A stretch of 63,953 nt of DNA, counting the filler, from Octopus bimaculoides (lineage: Eukaryota), in assembly GCF_001194135.2 (NCBI RefSeq). It is 6 parts of 6 records of this genome, joined end to end, with 100 filler letters (N's around TTAATTAATTAA, not from the genome) between each part and the next. Parts side by side here need not be neighbours in the genome. Positions count along the whole stretch, not along the records: positions 47,822 to 56,851 come from NC_068988.1; positions 56,952 to 62,511 come from NC_068997.1; 4 more parts are not named here. One strand, 5' to 3'. Made by a program: the position numbers and the translations under genes. This document shows, piece by piece, positions 50,520 through 62,493 of the stretch. Each line of letters opens with the position of its first letter. Positions within the stretch are counted from its first letter, which is position 1. The notes beneath the pieces are model-generated. The model was not told the origin of the DNA. It did no database searches and saw only the letters and a list, made by a program, of their open reading frames with translations.

Positions 50520-51003
50520 TAAAGCGGTGAGGCCACAGAATCGTTGGCACTCCAAGTAACGTTCTTAGCGGAATTTCGTCTTTCTTTGTGATCTGAGTTC
50601 TAATTCCGCTGAGGTCGGCTTCGCCTTTTATCATGTCATTCATTCATTCATTCATTCGTTCGTTCGGTTCTCATTATCCCTTGTGGCACTTGAGGCGACA
50701 GCAAGCTCGTTCCACCTTCTAACACCGAAAGCGTCCTTAACAGTTTGTTCAATTGTTAACCCTCTGCTTTTAAGATCTTTTGTTATTGTTCTCTGCCATT
50801 ACAAAAGATCTTAAAAGCAGAGACTTAACAATAGAACAAGCTATCAAAGACGCTTTTAAAGTTAGAAGATGGGATGATCTTGCTATCGCTTCAAGTATCA
50901 AATCATTTCGGGGTCGAGAAAATAAGCATAGTTATTCACTAAGGTGGGTGTAGTTGACTTAGTTCTCACCCCCAAATTGCTGGGCTTGTGCCAAAATTTG
51001 AAG
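50520..51003 (+). mobile_element. Old family A SINE interrupted by an RTE-derived fold-back insert
   Basis: SINE head and body 50520-50633; it resumes TCATTTCGGGGTCGAG...GGCTTGTGCCAAAA at ~50897-51003. Confidence 0.7.
50634..50896. mobile_element. Inverted pair of RTE-LINE 3' ends forming a 96-bp hairpin
   Basis: Arms 50688-50783 and 50801-50896: 17 of 96 mismatches, innermost 22 bp perfect, 17-nt loop. The left arm on the minus strand reads TKDLKSRGLTIEQTVKDAFGVRRWNELAVASSATRDNEN and ends in (GAAT)n. Confidence 0.8.
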
Positions 51004-51350
51004 CTTATATTTCAGGTGTCGGTATATTGATATCTGTTACAAAGAGCTTCATTTATAATAAATTATCTTTCAATATTGAGTTTCTCCATCAACAATACAA
51101 AAAATTACAAACCTAGACACAGATTTAAGTCTGCGATGAATACACTACCATACTATCTAATACTTTCCTGGTAATTCTGGCTATGCCAAAGAGGCAAACC
51201 TGTTATAACAGTTCTACTGGGCACTCTATTCCCGTTTCCTTTATATTCCTCTTTATGCCTTCTGACATATAACCCAAAAACAATTGACACTTCATTTTTC
51301 ATAATCGGGCTATCTTGTACTTAAGAGGGTCATGTATGTCTATTCTTCTT

Positions 51351-51419
<69 letters not shown>

Positions 51420-51629
51420 AATTCCCATATTTAAGAAAATATACGCCGTAGTGATAATTGCAACTCACAGTGTTTGATTTGATGTTTGAAACACGTTTTT
51501 ATTTAGAAACTATCAATAAAAATGTCAGGTATGTCTATTGTTAAAACTTATGCAGATTCTTGAAACATTCTTCACTTCAATTACATCATTTTTACTCCAC
51601 TCTGATCAAGAAATTGAAAGTCACATCTT

Positions 51630-51830
51630 CTGCTGCAAAGCTATTTTCACATCAGCCATCATACAAGTAGCCTCTCTGCGTACCAAAACTCTCCAGTTCC
51701 CTCTGTGCTGTGCCTCATGCATACAACCAGCCAAGCTTTTGTTTCCAATCCATTCTTTGGATGTCATCAGTCCGCAAACGTCTCTGACAGCCTCTCGCTC
51801 TCTTCCCATCCGTGCTTCCTGTCAGGATGG
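51630..51830 (-). mobile_element. Decayed RTE LINE C-terminal fragment
   Basis: Minus-strand ORF ...SKEWIGNKSLAGCMHEAQHRGNWRVLV (cf. IKEWTG.SL..C...A.DR..WR.LV). Confidence 0.6.
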
Positions 51831-52019
51831 TCTTATGCAATGGCTTGTGGTGCATAACTGCCCTAGATTATCGGATTATTGTAATGTTGGCATATACAAC
51901 TAATAAGCTGACCTGCCACCCACTTTTGTTATTCCATATTGAAGGAGACAGCTGTAACAGCACTTTGGACACACCCTACATAACATTGCTTGTCACAGAT
52001 GACTAGTTTGCAGAATGCA

Positions 52020-52445
52020 GTCGTGATGTTTGTGTTAAATTGGACAAAAACTCTACAGAAACTTATGAAATGCTCCAGACTGGTCATGGATTAATCTGCA
52101 TGTGCTGACCATCTGTTTTTCTCTGGCACAAGAGGCCAGGAAGAACAAGTCCACCGGGAAGTTCATGGTGATTCTTCTTTTCGACTGCGAGGGCATCATC
52201 TACATCCATTTGGTTTCCAATGACCAGACGGCCAACAAAGAGTACTTTGTGGAGATTTTGAAGGAGTTCAGAAAACGATTTCCTTGCAAAAGGTCAGATC
52301 ACTGGCACTAGGGCAGGGCACCTATATACAATTAAATCATGGTAACCAATCAATTGACTTACATGAGTGTCACAACTGTCCCTCACCAAAACTGCAATGC
52401 AGATCTTGCTCCCTGTGACTTTTGGTTGCTCCTCAAGATACTTTG
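52020..52445 (+). mobile_element. Internally deleted mariner transposase relic (third family)
   Basis: FCVKL.KNSTETYEML-like start, then ARKNKSTGKFMVILLFDCEGIIYIHLV..DQTANKEYFVEILKEFRKRF..KR, then DLAPCDFWLL.K. Confidence 0.8.
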
Positions 52446-52875
52446 AAGGCAATTAGAGTCTTGTACTTCTTTGAAATTAATAAATGTTTCTCCTGAAAAG
52501 TCTCAAACCTTCTGCACTTTGAACACACACGAAAACTTATTTCTACATTTATATACACAAATTCTTATGTATTTTATTATTCCCAAAATAATTAGTTGCC
52601 TTTCTCATTTTTGTTATGAATTTAAAACTAATTTTCATAATTTATTCAAGATTTATATACATATTATTTTGTATCATAAGAATGGTGCTCTTAATGGTTT
52701 TTACTAGCAAATCTAATTATAATTAGTCTACTTTAATGAAGACAGGGGAAATTTAATTTGTAACTATGTCAAGTCGTACACTGAGGAGATTTCAACATCA
52801 AATAAAAACATCTTTGAATTAGTTTCCATTTAATTTTGGCAAATTAATAGCATTTAGATTTCGGAGTTTTTTTAT

Positions 52876-52944
<69 letters not shown>

Positions 52945-53051
52945 AGTTGCTGCTAGTGTTACTGCTGCTGTTGCTACTGCTATTACCACGACTACCACCA
53001 TCACTATTACATGTACTACTACTACTTTTACTACTGTTGCTGCTACTTCTA

Positions 53052-53101
<50 letters not shown>

Positions 53102-54371
53102 AGTGTTTATGAACGCCGAGCTTATTGTGATTTGGCTACGAAGTCTTAAAGTCTCCAGTCAGCAATACTCACTTAACAAGCATATTTTCTTTCGGCATTA
53201 TGAATTTTAAGAGTCAGCAGAGACCAGAAATAGAATGGTATTTTAAATCTAATGAGAATTCGTTAAATTCACTCAGATTTCGTTAGTTGTCTTTCACTTT
53301 AAGAATGACAGGTTTTACGTAAACCATCTCGAGGAACAATCAGACTTTGCCGAATTATGCATCAAGCCGGTTTCAGATAAGATTTCGTATGAAATCTGAG
53401 AGCGTCAATAACAAACAAGTACAGAGAAACACAGCGATATTTCACAGTATTTAAAGATTAGCAAAAGAAAGAAAGAAAAAAATGCAATGCAGAAACAACA
53501 CCAAAACAACTGCTATACAAGAACAGCGAAAGTAAAGAATTAGCCCAACATGTAGCAGTAGGAATCGTGTTGATCGACAGCAATAATCGTAAGGTTCCTT
53601 AAACGGCCTTCTTGATTATCGTGATATTATGATGAAGTTGTTGTACACAGTGTGGCAAAATCCCTCCAAGAATCACCCTTTACGATAAATGTTTCATCAG
53701 TAAACTGACAATATGCATAAAATTTGACAAAATTCATATCGGAATAAAAAACAGTGAAATGCTAGCTACACGAATACATGATTATGACTTGTGTAACTTT
53801 ACTAGTGATATAATAATTGACGAGTAAAACATAGGAGGTTTTTCTGCTGCATGCTGTAGCCACAGTGAAACGTGAGAGGGTTTTCTAACTGACAAGCAAC
53901 GTGTAATGAAAAATACACGCAAAAATATAAACGTTGCCCCAAGACAAATGCAACAAGCGATATGGTATACAATAGAATAAATGTCACACTGGCCTCGAAT
54001 AACTTGGATTACCTCTAAAATGATACAATTTCTGGCTCACCACCATTTAATTAGAAATGTAATATAAAACAACACACTGTAGGTCTGAATAATCACGTGG
54101 GGAAAATAACTGAGACTTCAAATTTGTCGGCTTATTTTCCCAATATGATAGTGTGCGGCCATGTTAACATTTTAAAAATACATCGGCTGGTTTTAAACTC
54201 GGTATCGTCTGCCTATTTTAAGGCTTATATATCGCAATAGGTGGAGTCGAGTGTTTGTTTATTTTTTTCTTATAGACAACAAAACGGTATGAATTTCATG
54301 TTGTCTTATATCTATATCAGAAACGACTGGATTATAGCTAGGTTATTTAATTTTTTTCCCGTTTTTTTTTT

Positions 54372-54579
54372 TACTCTAGGCACAAGGCCCAACATCTTTG
54401 GGGAGGGAGCCAGTCGATTATATCGATCCTAGTACGTAAATGCTACTTAATTTATCGACCCCGAAAGGATGAAAAGCAAAGTCGACCTCGGCGGAATTTG
54501 AACTCAGAACGTAAAGACAGACGAAATACCGCTAAGCATTTCGCCCGGCGTGCTAACGTTTTTGCCAGCTCACCGCCTT
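54372..54579 (-). mobile_element. SINE family A, near-consensus copy with TSD
   Basis: Flanked by GCTAGGTTA(T/C)TTAAT at 54337-54351 and 54581-54595, with an A-rich tail on the minus strand. Confidence 0.9.
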
Positions 54580-54694
54580 GGCTAGGTTACTTAATGACAT
54601 ACATACATACATACATACACACATGCATGATGTAGAATTGTAATCGTTTCTGCAACAGGTAGAAAACCTGAAATTTCAGACATTCTGCCCATCG

Positions 54695-54818
54695 TCCTCG
54701 AAAGGATGAAAGGCAAAGTCTACCCTCGGCGGTATTTGAACTCATAACGTAAAGACGGACGCCATACCGTTAAGTATTTTGTGCGGAGTGCTAACGGTTC
54801 TGCCAGTTCCCCGCCTTT
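54695..54818 (-). mobile_element. SINE family A, 5' part
   Basis: GAAAGGATGAAAGGCAAAGTC...TTTGAACTCATAACG...CTGCCAGTTCCCCGCCTT. Confidence 0.75.
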
Positions 54819-54863
54819 TGTCCGGCTGTAATAAAGACAATCTAACGTTAAATGTGTATATGT

Positions 54864-55060
54864 TCTTTTATTCTTTCCTTTGTTTCAGTCATTTGACGCC
54901 TGTAGTCGAAGAGATCGACCCCAAGACTTATTTCTTGTAAGCCTAGTACTTATTCTATCGGTCTCTTTTGCCGAACCGTTAAGTTACCGGGACATAAACA
55001 CATCAACATCGGTTGTCAAGCGATGGTGGGGGGACAAACACAGCCACAAACACACACAAA
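54864..55060 (-). mobile_element. SINE family B, 3' half
   Basis: Reverse complement of the family B 3' segment (TGTTTCAGTCATTTGAC...TCTATCGGTCTCTTTTGCCGAACC). Confidence 0.8.
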
Positions 55061-55252
55061 TTTGATCTTAGTGTGTGGAAGGGTGGGCATGAGACGTACT
55101 ACTTCAGCTGTTTTGCGCCGCATGTTTGGCCTCAATGATTCGACACTGACCTGCTTGATGTCAAACATGCGCGCTTGTCCTCAGGTCGCCAAACCAAGCT
55201 GAAAGTTCAGTTTGCTATGCCAAACAGCAAAGTAACTGCGATCAAAGGCCTG

Positions 55253-55479
55253 CAGTTCTAAATTTAAGAGATGAGAAATTATTTACATTATTTACATTTG
55301 ACGGATATTTGTCCTCATCTTGTTTGAAATACCCTCCAGCCTTCATCAGGTGTCTTGAGGAATTTTCGAACCTGGGTTTTTCGATGTTAGTATCATTATT
55401 ATTCAGGTCACTGCGTAGAATCGAACTCGGAATCATGGCGGTCAGTAGCCCGCGCTCTTAACCACTACGCCATATGCCC
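55253..55479 (-). mobile_element. SINE family D: tRNA-derived head joined to a hammerhead-bearing body
   Basis: Minus strand: head 55479-55402, short (AAT)n, AACCCAGGTTCGAAAATTCCTCAAGACAC-CTGATGA-AGGCTGGAGGGTAT, deletion of the CAGCCGAAACG half, then ...CAAGATGAGGACAAATATCCGTCAAATGTAAATAATGTAAAT. Confidence 0.75.
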
Positions 55480-56220
55480 ATGTGCAATTATGGAGTGAAT
55501 TTTAGAGCTTATAAGTCTAATATTTTCCTATCCTTATAATGTAAATAAAACCAAAGATTTGTTGAAATAAATTAAGGAAGAAGACAACCAGAAGCCACTC
55601 GGATAGAGTATACGAGTGATTTAACATCTAGTGGTAACTTCTTTAATATGTGATCATTTTAATACCAATCCATCTGCGACCGACCTTAGTACTTTGATAC
55701 ATATTTCATTTTTGAAAGTGGTTTAAGTTAAACCGTCCATCAAAATCTCATGCAAATTTCTGTTCCAGACGCCATCTTAATTACACCAAAGTTATTTCAC
55801 TAAATTCTTGAAGAATACTTGTGTATTTCAAAAGAAACGTGATAGTTTTAAAGTGATCTAAATTAAAAGGGTCCACCAAAATTTCAGAAATATAATATCA
55901 AAGGATTAATTAAGAGAGAAAAGATGATTTAGTATTGAGGAACAGGAAAACATATTTTATACAGGAATAACTCTGCTGAGGAGTAATTTTAGATTTAGAG
56001 AAGGAAGGAGAAGATGATTTAGTAGAGTAAAAAGGAGAAATTAGCGAATGATTCAGCCCGATATTCTTTGTAACCCGACCAAACACTGAGAGTGAATGTC
56101 GTTAACTGAACCTGCAACTAAGAAGAGTTAATTCATTTTGCAAATATGATGATTTATGAAATTTATTTTGCTAAAGTAGACATTGATAAACCTCACGAAA
56201 ATGATTTGCGTTTTATACAG

Positions 56221-56831
56221 ATAAGCGCAGGAGTGGCAGTGTGGTAAGTAGCCTGCTTACTTCCGGTTTGCTCACTGCGCATGTGCGTCAGACTGGCTAC
56301 TTGCTGTGAACGAAGATAGACATGGGTTTCGGCTCTGTCTAAAGAAGGAAACATTGAAGAATTCGCCGGGGTAAGTCGTTTCTGTTGCTCAGTTGGGCAG
56401 CAATTTATTCCTTCTATTTATTTTTTTAATAAATTGTTGTCCAGCGGTGTGGCATCTTCGCTTTCCTTGACGAGTTTTTTGTGTGTTCGTTGTACGAACA
56501 AATTTTGTATTCGCTGTTTGTGGGAGGCGGGTTCGCTTGCCCACAGTAGCGAAAATTTTTGTTTTGACTTTGAGCCAAAAAAAGCAACTTTGAGTGAAGA
56601 AAACTTTTTGTGTCTCACTGTGCGAGAATTTTGGAATACCTTTACTGGAATACTTTTATTTTGGAGTACCTTTATTGGAATGCCTTTATTGGAATACCTA
56701 TAGGTATTGCTGGTGGCCGGAATTGTGTTGCCTTGACTTAAACTGTCTTCTTTCTTTCCTTTTCTCTGCTCTGTCTTCTGTTCTTTTGTATTTAGTTTGT
56801 TTTTTGTGAACTTTTTTGTTGAACATTTGAA
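56221..56831 (+). other. Truncated family B SINE head joined to a putative LINE 5' UTR-like segment with a 14-bp tandem repeat
   Basis: SINE head to ~56280, then non-SINE sequence with GGG|GTAAGT at 56371, TGGAATACCTTTAT x5 at ~56632-56700, a pyrimidine-rich stretch and GCAAGCATGG at the gap. The LINE assignment is inference. Confidence 0.35.
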
Positions 56832-56951
56832 CCTTTTTTTTGCAAGCATGGNNNNNNNNNNNNNNNNNNNNNNNNNNNNNNNNNNNNNNNNNNNNTTAAT
56901 TAATTAANNNNNNNNNNNNNNNNNNNNNNNNNNNNNNNNNNNNNNNNNNNN

Positions 56952-57026
56952 AGAGGGTATATCAGCCGAAACATTGTGTTAACCACAAACAAGATGAGGA
57001 CAAATATCCATCAAATGTAAATAATG

Positions 57027-57030
<4 letters not shown>
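56952..57030 (+). mobile_element. Family D body fragment containing the 3' half of the hammerhead-like motif
   Basis: GAGGGTATATCAGCCGAAACATTGTGTTAACCACAAACAAGATGAGGACAAATATCCATCAAATGTAAATAATGTAAT. Confidence 0.75.
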
Positions 57031-57070
<40 letters not shown>

Positions 57071-58139
57071 GTATATGTATGTATGTATAGTAATAGGTTA
57101 GTACTATTCAAAGATCGTGGTGAAGGATGTTAGTACGGATGTATGCAGCTAGTATAGATGACAAAATGTGGAGAATATACAATAAAACGAATTTATTAAC
57201 AACGTAAGTCGCACACTTTATCCAATATTTAAATCAAAAGTAATTTCGATAAGACGACGATTACCTTACAATTCACAGTTTAGCAACTAAATTTGCATGA
57301 AAAGGCGAATAAAAAATTCAAGTCATTTAGGAATGAAATAAATAAAACATGGACTACGAGCATTTCATAGCAAAACAATGCTTGTTACATAAGCAGAACC
57401 AGCTTAGCTAATATACATACATACACACATATTACATACATACATACATCGCGCGCACACACACACGATATATGAATGAATTATGGCCATTTCAACCGGA
57501 CCGTCGACTTTTGTTGAATAAGTGACAACGCATAGAAACATTCTTAGTTTTAGCTATCTGTCTGGTCAAAGAACAATGAAATACAATATCGGGAATAATG
57601 CAAATGTTTCGTTTTCCTAATAGCTTCAGATACAAAATCTGGTGAGATCTCTGGCCTTGGTGAAAAATAAAAAAAATAAATAAAAAAAGACCCCATAGTT
57701 GCGAGATATTCAACAGCAAGTTTTTTACTCTCCTAGACAAATGAGGCCACAAACCTTAACAACATTTCATGCTGATACATTGCAGTTAAAAAAAAAAAAA
57801 AGACGACAATTCTATAAAAGGAGGGTGTGGTAAAAACTGTATAGTCGTTGACAAAAGAAAGCAAACCAGTTAATACCACATTGAATTTGAAGCCACAATC
57901 ACATCTATTCAGGGTAACGAACAAGTTCGTGTACGACACACTCTGATTTTCAGGTCATTGAAAGCGGAACGATTGTATTAGGTGGTATATGATGCCGAAT
58001 AGAAAGCTTTGATATAAAAAAATGAAAGCTGCTTCTATGGCTTTCTGAGCAGGGTTTCATGTTTTGTTATTTGTCTTGACCATGAAGGCAATATATCCAG
58101 TGCGACTCGCTTCCAAAATAACAACAACAATAACAATGT

Positions 58140-58702
<563 letters not shown>

Positions 58703-58749
58703 AGTAATAATTAATAATAATAATGATAATAATGATGATGATGAGGATG

Positions 58750-59420
58750 ATTTCATTTATTTCCCACAAGGGCGAAAGATGAGCGGGACAATACAGAAAC
58801 ACACATAAAGTGTGGGGGTTTACATATAATAATGAAATTATTAAAAACAAAAAGGTATACACGGTATACACTGGAAAAAAAGACATGCATAGCATACAAA
58901 GGTAAAAAGAAAGGTGGGGGAAGGAGGATGATAGACATGTGGCCCTCCTGGTACAGGAACGTCTCTAGGAACAATCGAGGGACTTCACCGTCCGAGATTT
59001 CCCTGAAACCCTATGAGCACGTGCCCTCTCCAATTCCTTCTCTCCGACTCACAGGTCTAAACTTAGAGAAGTACCATCCACTCTTGCCATTTTCGCAACT
59101 TTCACCCAGCTTTCAATAAACTCACTCGAGGACAGCACTTGCCTCTCCACTCTCAATTTCCTTTTCAAGTGAAACTTGAAGAAGTCAATGACAGCTCTAC
59201 CAAAGAGGAATGTATCTGTCCTCACGCCTTTCAGCCTTGTCCACCAAACAACCTCTTTCGCCACAGCCACCAGGGAAAACTGTCTTGCCTGCTCGATCGA
59301 AGGAGGGCGGCAGTGCAATCATTACTACAGACTCGGCCGACAGACGAATCCGTCCCACACGTAACAGCATAATAAGAATAAGAAGATGGGCCACAGCAAA
59401 TATTCTGCTCAATACTACAG
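58750..59420 (-). mobile_element. L1/Tx1-clade LINE 3' fragment (ORF2 C-terminus, 3' UTR, AATAAA)
   Basis: Minus strand LLRVGRIRLSAESVVMIALPPSFDRAGKTVF, then after a frameshift VAVAKEVVWWTRLKG...FFKFHLKRKLRVERQVLSSSEFIESWVKVA...* (stop 59049-59051), resembling Tx1 ORF2 ends. The 3' UTR ends GCCCTTGTGGGAAATAAATGAAAT. Confidence 0.7.
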
Positions 59421-59820
59421 TTGTTTGACCTTAACCAGTTGAACATGTCGCTTAGTGGCTGATGATATGCGCATCTCACATCACTAGTAGAGGAGCGGGG
59501 AGCATCATATGTTGAGAGGAATTCTTTGGGGTTTGGATAATTCACCTCTAGAAACATGGGTGTTTCGTTCAACATCTTTAAACAACCCTATTGAAGGACC
59601 TTTTGAATGGTTTCGGCTACTTGACCTGAAGAAAATTTTAATTGGGCCCCACCTGCAAGGTCATGTGCTGTTTATCTTGATATGAATTCACCATGAGGAA
59701 CATATGGTTCACCCTGTCGCGTACATTTCATTATATTATATTATTGTAAGTTTGTAAATAAAAACCGAAGCTGGAATTTCTTTGAGTAATATATTCTTTT
59801 ATACACAATCACACATACCC

Positions 59821-59867
<47 letters not shown>

Positions 59868-60171
59868 AGTAAAAATAAATACAAAAAAAGGTGGATTTTT
59901 TTGTATGATTGTGTATAGAGGAATATATTATTTTGCTTAAAAGAGTTCCAACACTGTCTGTTTTTTATGTTTTATTTATATTCCTGCAGAACTAATGTGG
60001 GGTATAGAATATGGAATATACAATATATAATATAATATACAATATATAAAATAAAATAAAATAAAAATGGATGGCACCATGAAATAAAGTATTGAATGTA
60101 GATGAAATATTGAGTGTTCAATATAAAGGATCAAATATATAAATATATAAATATAAATATATATATATAAA

Positions 60172-60211
60172 GGCGACTCGAGTTTCAGGGCTATTTCCCT
60201 TCGTCATGGCC
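60172..60211 (-). ncRNA. Minimal type-I hammerhead-like motif with palindromic stem III
   Basis: Minus strand GGC-C(A)TGACGA-AGGG(AAATAG)CCCT-GAAA-C(TCGA)G-TC-GCC. One extra A in the core; stem I is only 3 bp. Confidence 0.55.
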
Positions 60212-61629
60212 GGTATGACAGTCTTTAACATATATATATGTAAGCTTATAGTGATCACCGTGCAATGACTAATGAAAATAGTCAAATAATGGGGCAATTA
60301 AGCCCTCGACAGAAAAATATAAGCTTTCGTATCCGTGTGGGACACGACCCAACATCACTTTGTTAACGCTAATAAGTGTGTTATCCTCACACCAGCGAAT
60401 TAGCCTCCCTGTTTCCGTCAAATTTAAGAACTATATTAGTTCCTAGTGGTTTTTTGTAAATTCATTTTAAAATGGAGGAAACAAGTTGTTAAAATATATG
60501 AGAAGTTTAATTCTTATATATTTTAACAACTTGTCTCCTTCATTTTTAACTAAATTGATGAGTTTTATGGGACTTCTTTCCATAAATTCACCATACATCA
60601 TATACAAATATATGTGGGTGTGTATGTGTTTAAACATGAATTTATGTATACATACATACATACATACATAGTACATCTAATGTGTATGTACCTGCATTGC
60701 GTATAAACGTACAATGGAGAGTGAAAGAAAAGTAACAGCAAGCGGAAAACAAGTCAAGTAAAAGAATAATTGAATATTTAAGGCGTGTGACACATAAATA
60801 GCGCATGTTTCCTGAATGCGAGTCATTTTTCAAAGCGGTCTTTAATGTGAAATGCTGTGTACGAATAATTGGTGCACCTTGATACGGAGTTTGCATTAGA
60901 AGTGTTTATGAGAAAAAAAAAGAGAGGTGAGAATTCATATTGTTCATATATATANNNNNNNNNNNNNNNNNNNNNNNNNNNNNNNNNNNNNNNNNNNNNN
61001 NNNNNNNNNNNNNNNNNNNNNNNNNNNNNNNNNNNNNNNNNNNNNNNNNNNNNNNNNNNNNNNNNNNNNNNNNNNNNNNNNNNNNNNNNNNNNNNNNNNN
61101 NNNNNNNNNNNNNNNNNNNNNNNNNNNNNNNNNNNNNNNNNNNNNNNNNNNNNNNNNNNNNNNNNNNNNNNNNNNNNNNNNNNNNNNNNNNNNNNNNNNN
61201 NNNNNNNNNNNNNNNNNNNNNNNNNNNNNNNNNNNNNNNNNNNNNNNNNNNNNNNNNNNNNNNNNNNNNNNNNNNNNNNNNNNNNNNNNNNNNNNNNNNN
61301 NNNNNNNNNNNNNNNNNNNNNNNNNNNNNNNNNNNNNNNNNNNNNNNNNNNNNNNNNNNNNNNNNNNNNNNNNNNNNNNNNNNNNNNNNNNNNNNNNNNN
61401 NNNNNNNNNNNNNNNNNNNNNNNNNNNNNNNNNNNNNNNNNNNNNNNNNNNNNNNNNNNNNNNNNNNNNNNNNNNNNNNNNNNNNNNNNNNNNNNNNNNN
61501 NNNNNNNNNNNNNNNNNNNNNNNNNNNNNNNNNNNNNNNNNNNNNNNNNNNNNNNNNNNNNNNNNNNNNNNNATTTCAAACAATTTATAATAATAATAAC
61601 GAGAACAACAACAATAATAATAGTAATAA

Positions 61630-61776
61630 TCGTTTCTACTATAGGCACAAGACCTGAAATTTGTGGGGAGGGGTTAAATCCATCACATCGACTCCAGTGT
61701 TTCACTGGTATTTAATTCATCGACCCCGAAAGGATGAAAGGCAAAGTCGATCTCGGCGGAATTTGAACTCAGAACC

Positions 61777-61821
<45 letters not shown>

Positions 61822-62200
61822 GCAACAACAACAATCCTGTCTACTATAGGCACAAGGCCTGGATTTTTGTGAGGATGGGACAATCGAACATATCGGACCC
61901 CAGTACTTGACTGATACTTAATTTATCGACCCCGAAGCGATGAAAGGCAAAGTCGACCTCGACGGAAATTGAACTCAGAATGTAACGATGGGCGAAATAC
62001 CGCTAAGCATTTCAGCGGGCGTGCTAACGATTCTGTCAGCTCTCCACCTTAATACTACTACTACTACTACTAATAATAATAATAATGGTTTAAAATTTTG
62101 TTACACGGGCAGCAATTTTGGGGTAGTGGGATGAGTCGATTACAACTGGTACTTATTTTATCGACCCCGAAAAAGGATGAAAGGCAAAGTCGACCTCGGC
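61630..62200 (-). mobile_element. Cluster of three family A SINE copies (61630-61778, 61838-62050, 62092-62200) separated by (AAT)n/(ACT)n tracts
   Basis: Each contains ATCGACCCCGAA(A)GGATGAAAGGCAAAGTCGA; all lie in the same orientation. Confidence 0.85.
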
Positions 62201-62214
62201 ACAAGAGACACACA

Positions 62215-62273
<59 letters not shown>

Positions 62274-62455
62274 CTATTTATTTATTATTTTTAAAAATTT
62301 TATTTATCTATTTATTTATTATATCTTTCTCCGTTTTCTTCCTCTGTTTAGACGAACTTTCCTACCTTTTCGGACAAAACCTTTTGTAACCTTCGTCCTG
62401 TCTTTGTCCTTACATGTTTTTAATTGATATTAGCCCTTGTAGCCAATAAAACGAA

Positions 62456-62493
<38 letters not shown>

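Noticed and set aside
56632-56700. CRISPR-like array (also considered 47450-47721 and 25800-26150)
   Set aside because: Contiguous tandem units without unique spacers, in eukaryotic DNA with no cas genes.
59421-59715. Segment upstream of the Tx1 fragment that might be the 5' region of another LINE (contains CTGATGA)
   Set aside because: No second copy in the window, no coding motif, and no GAAA-stem partner for a hammerhead.
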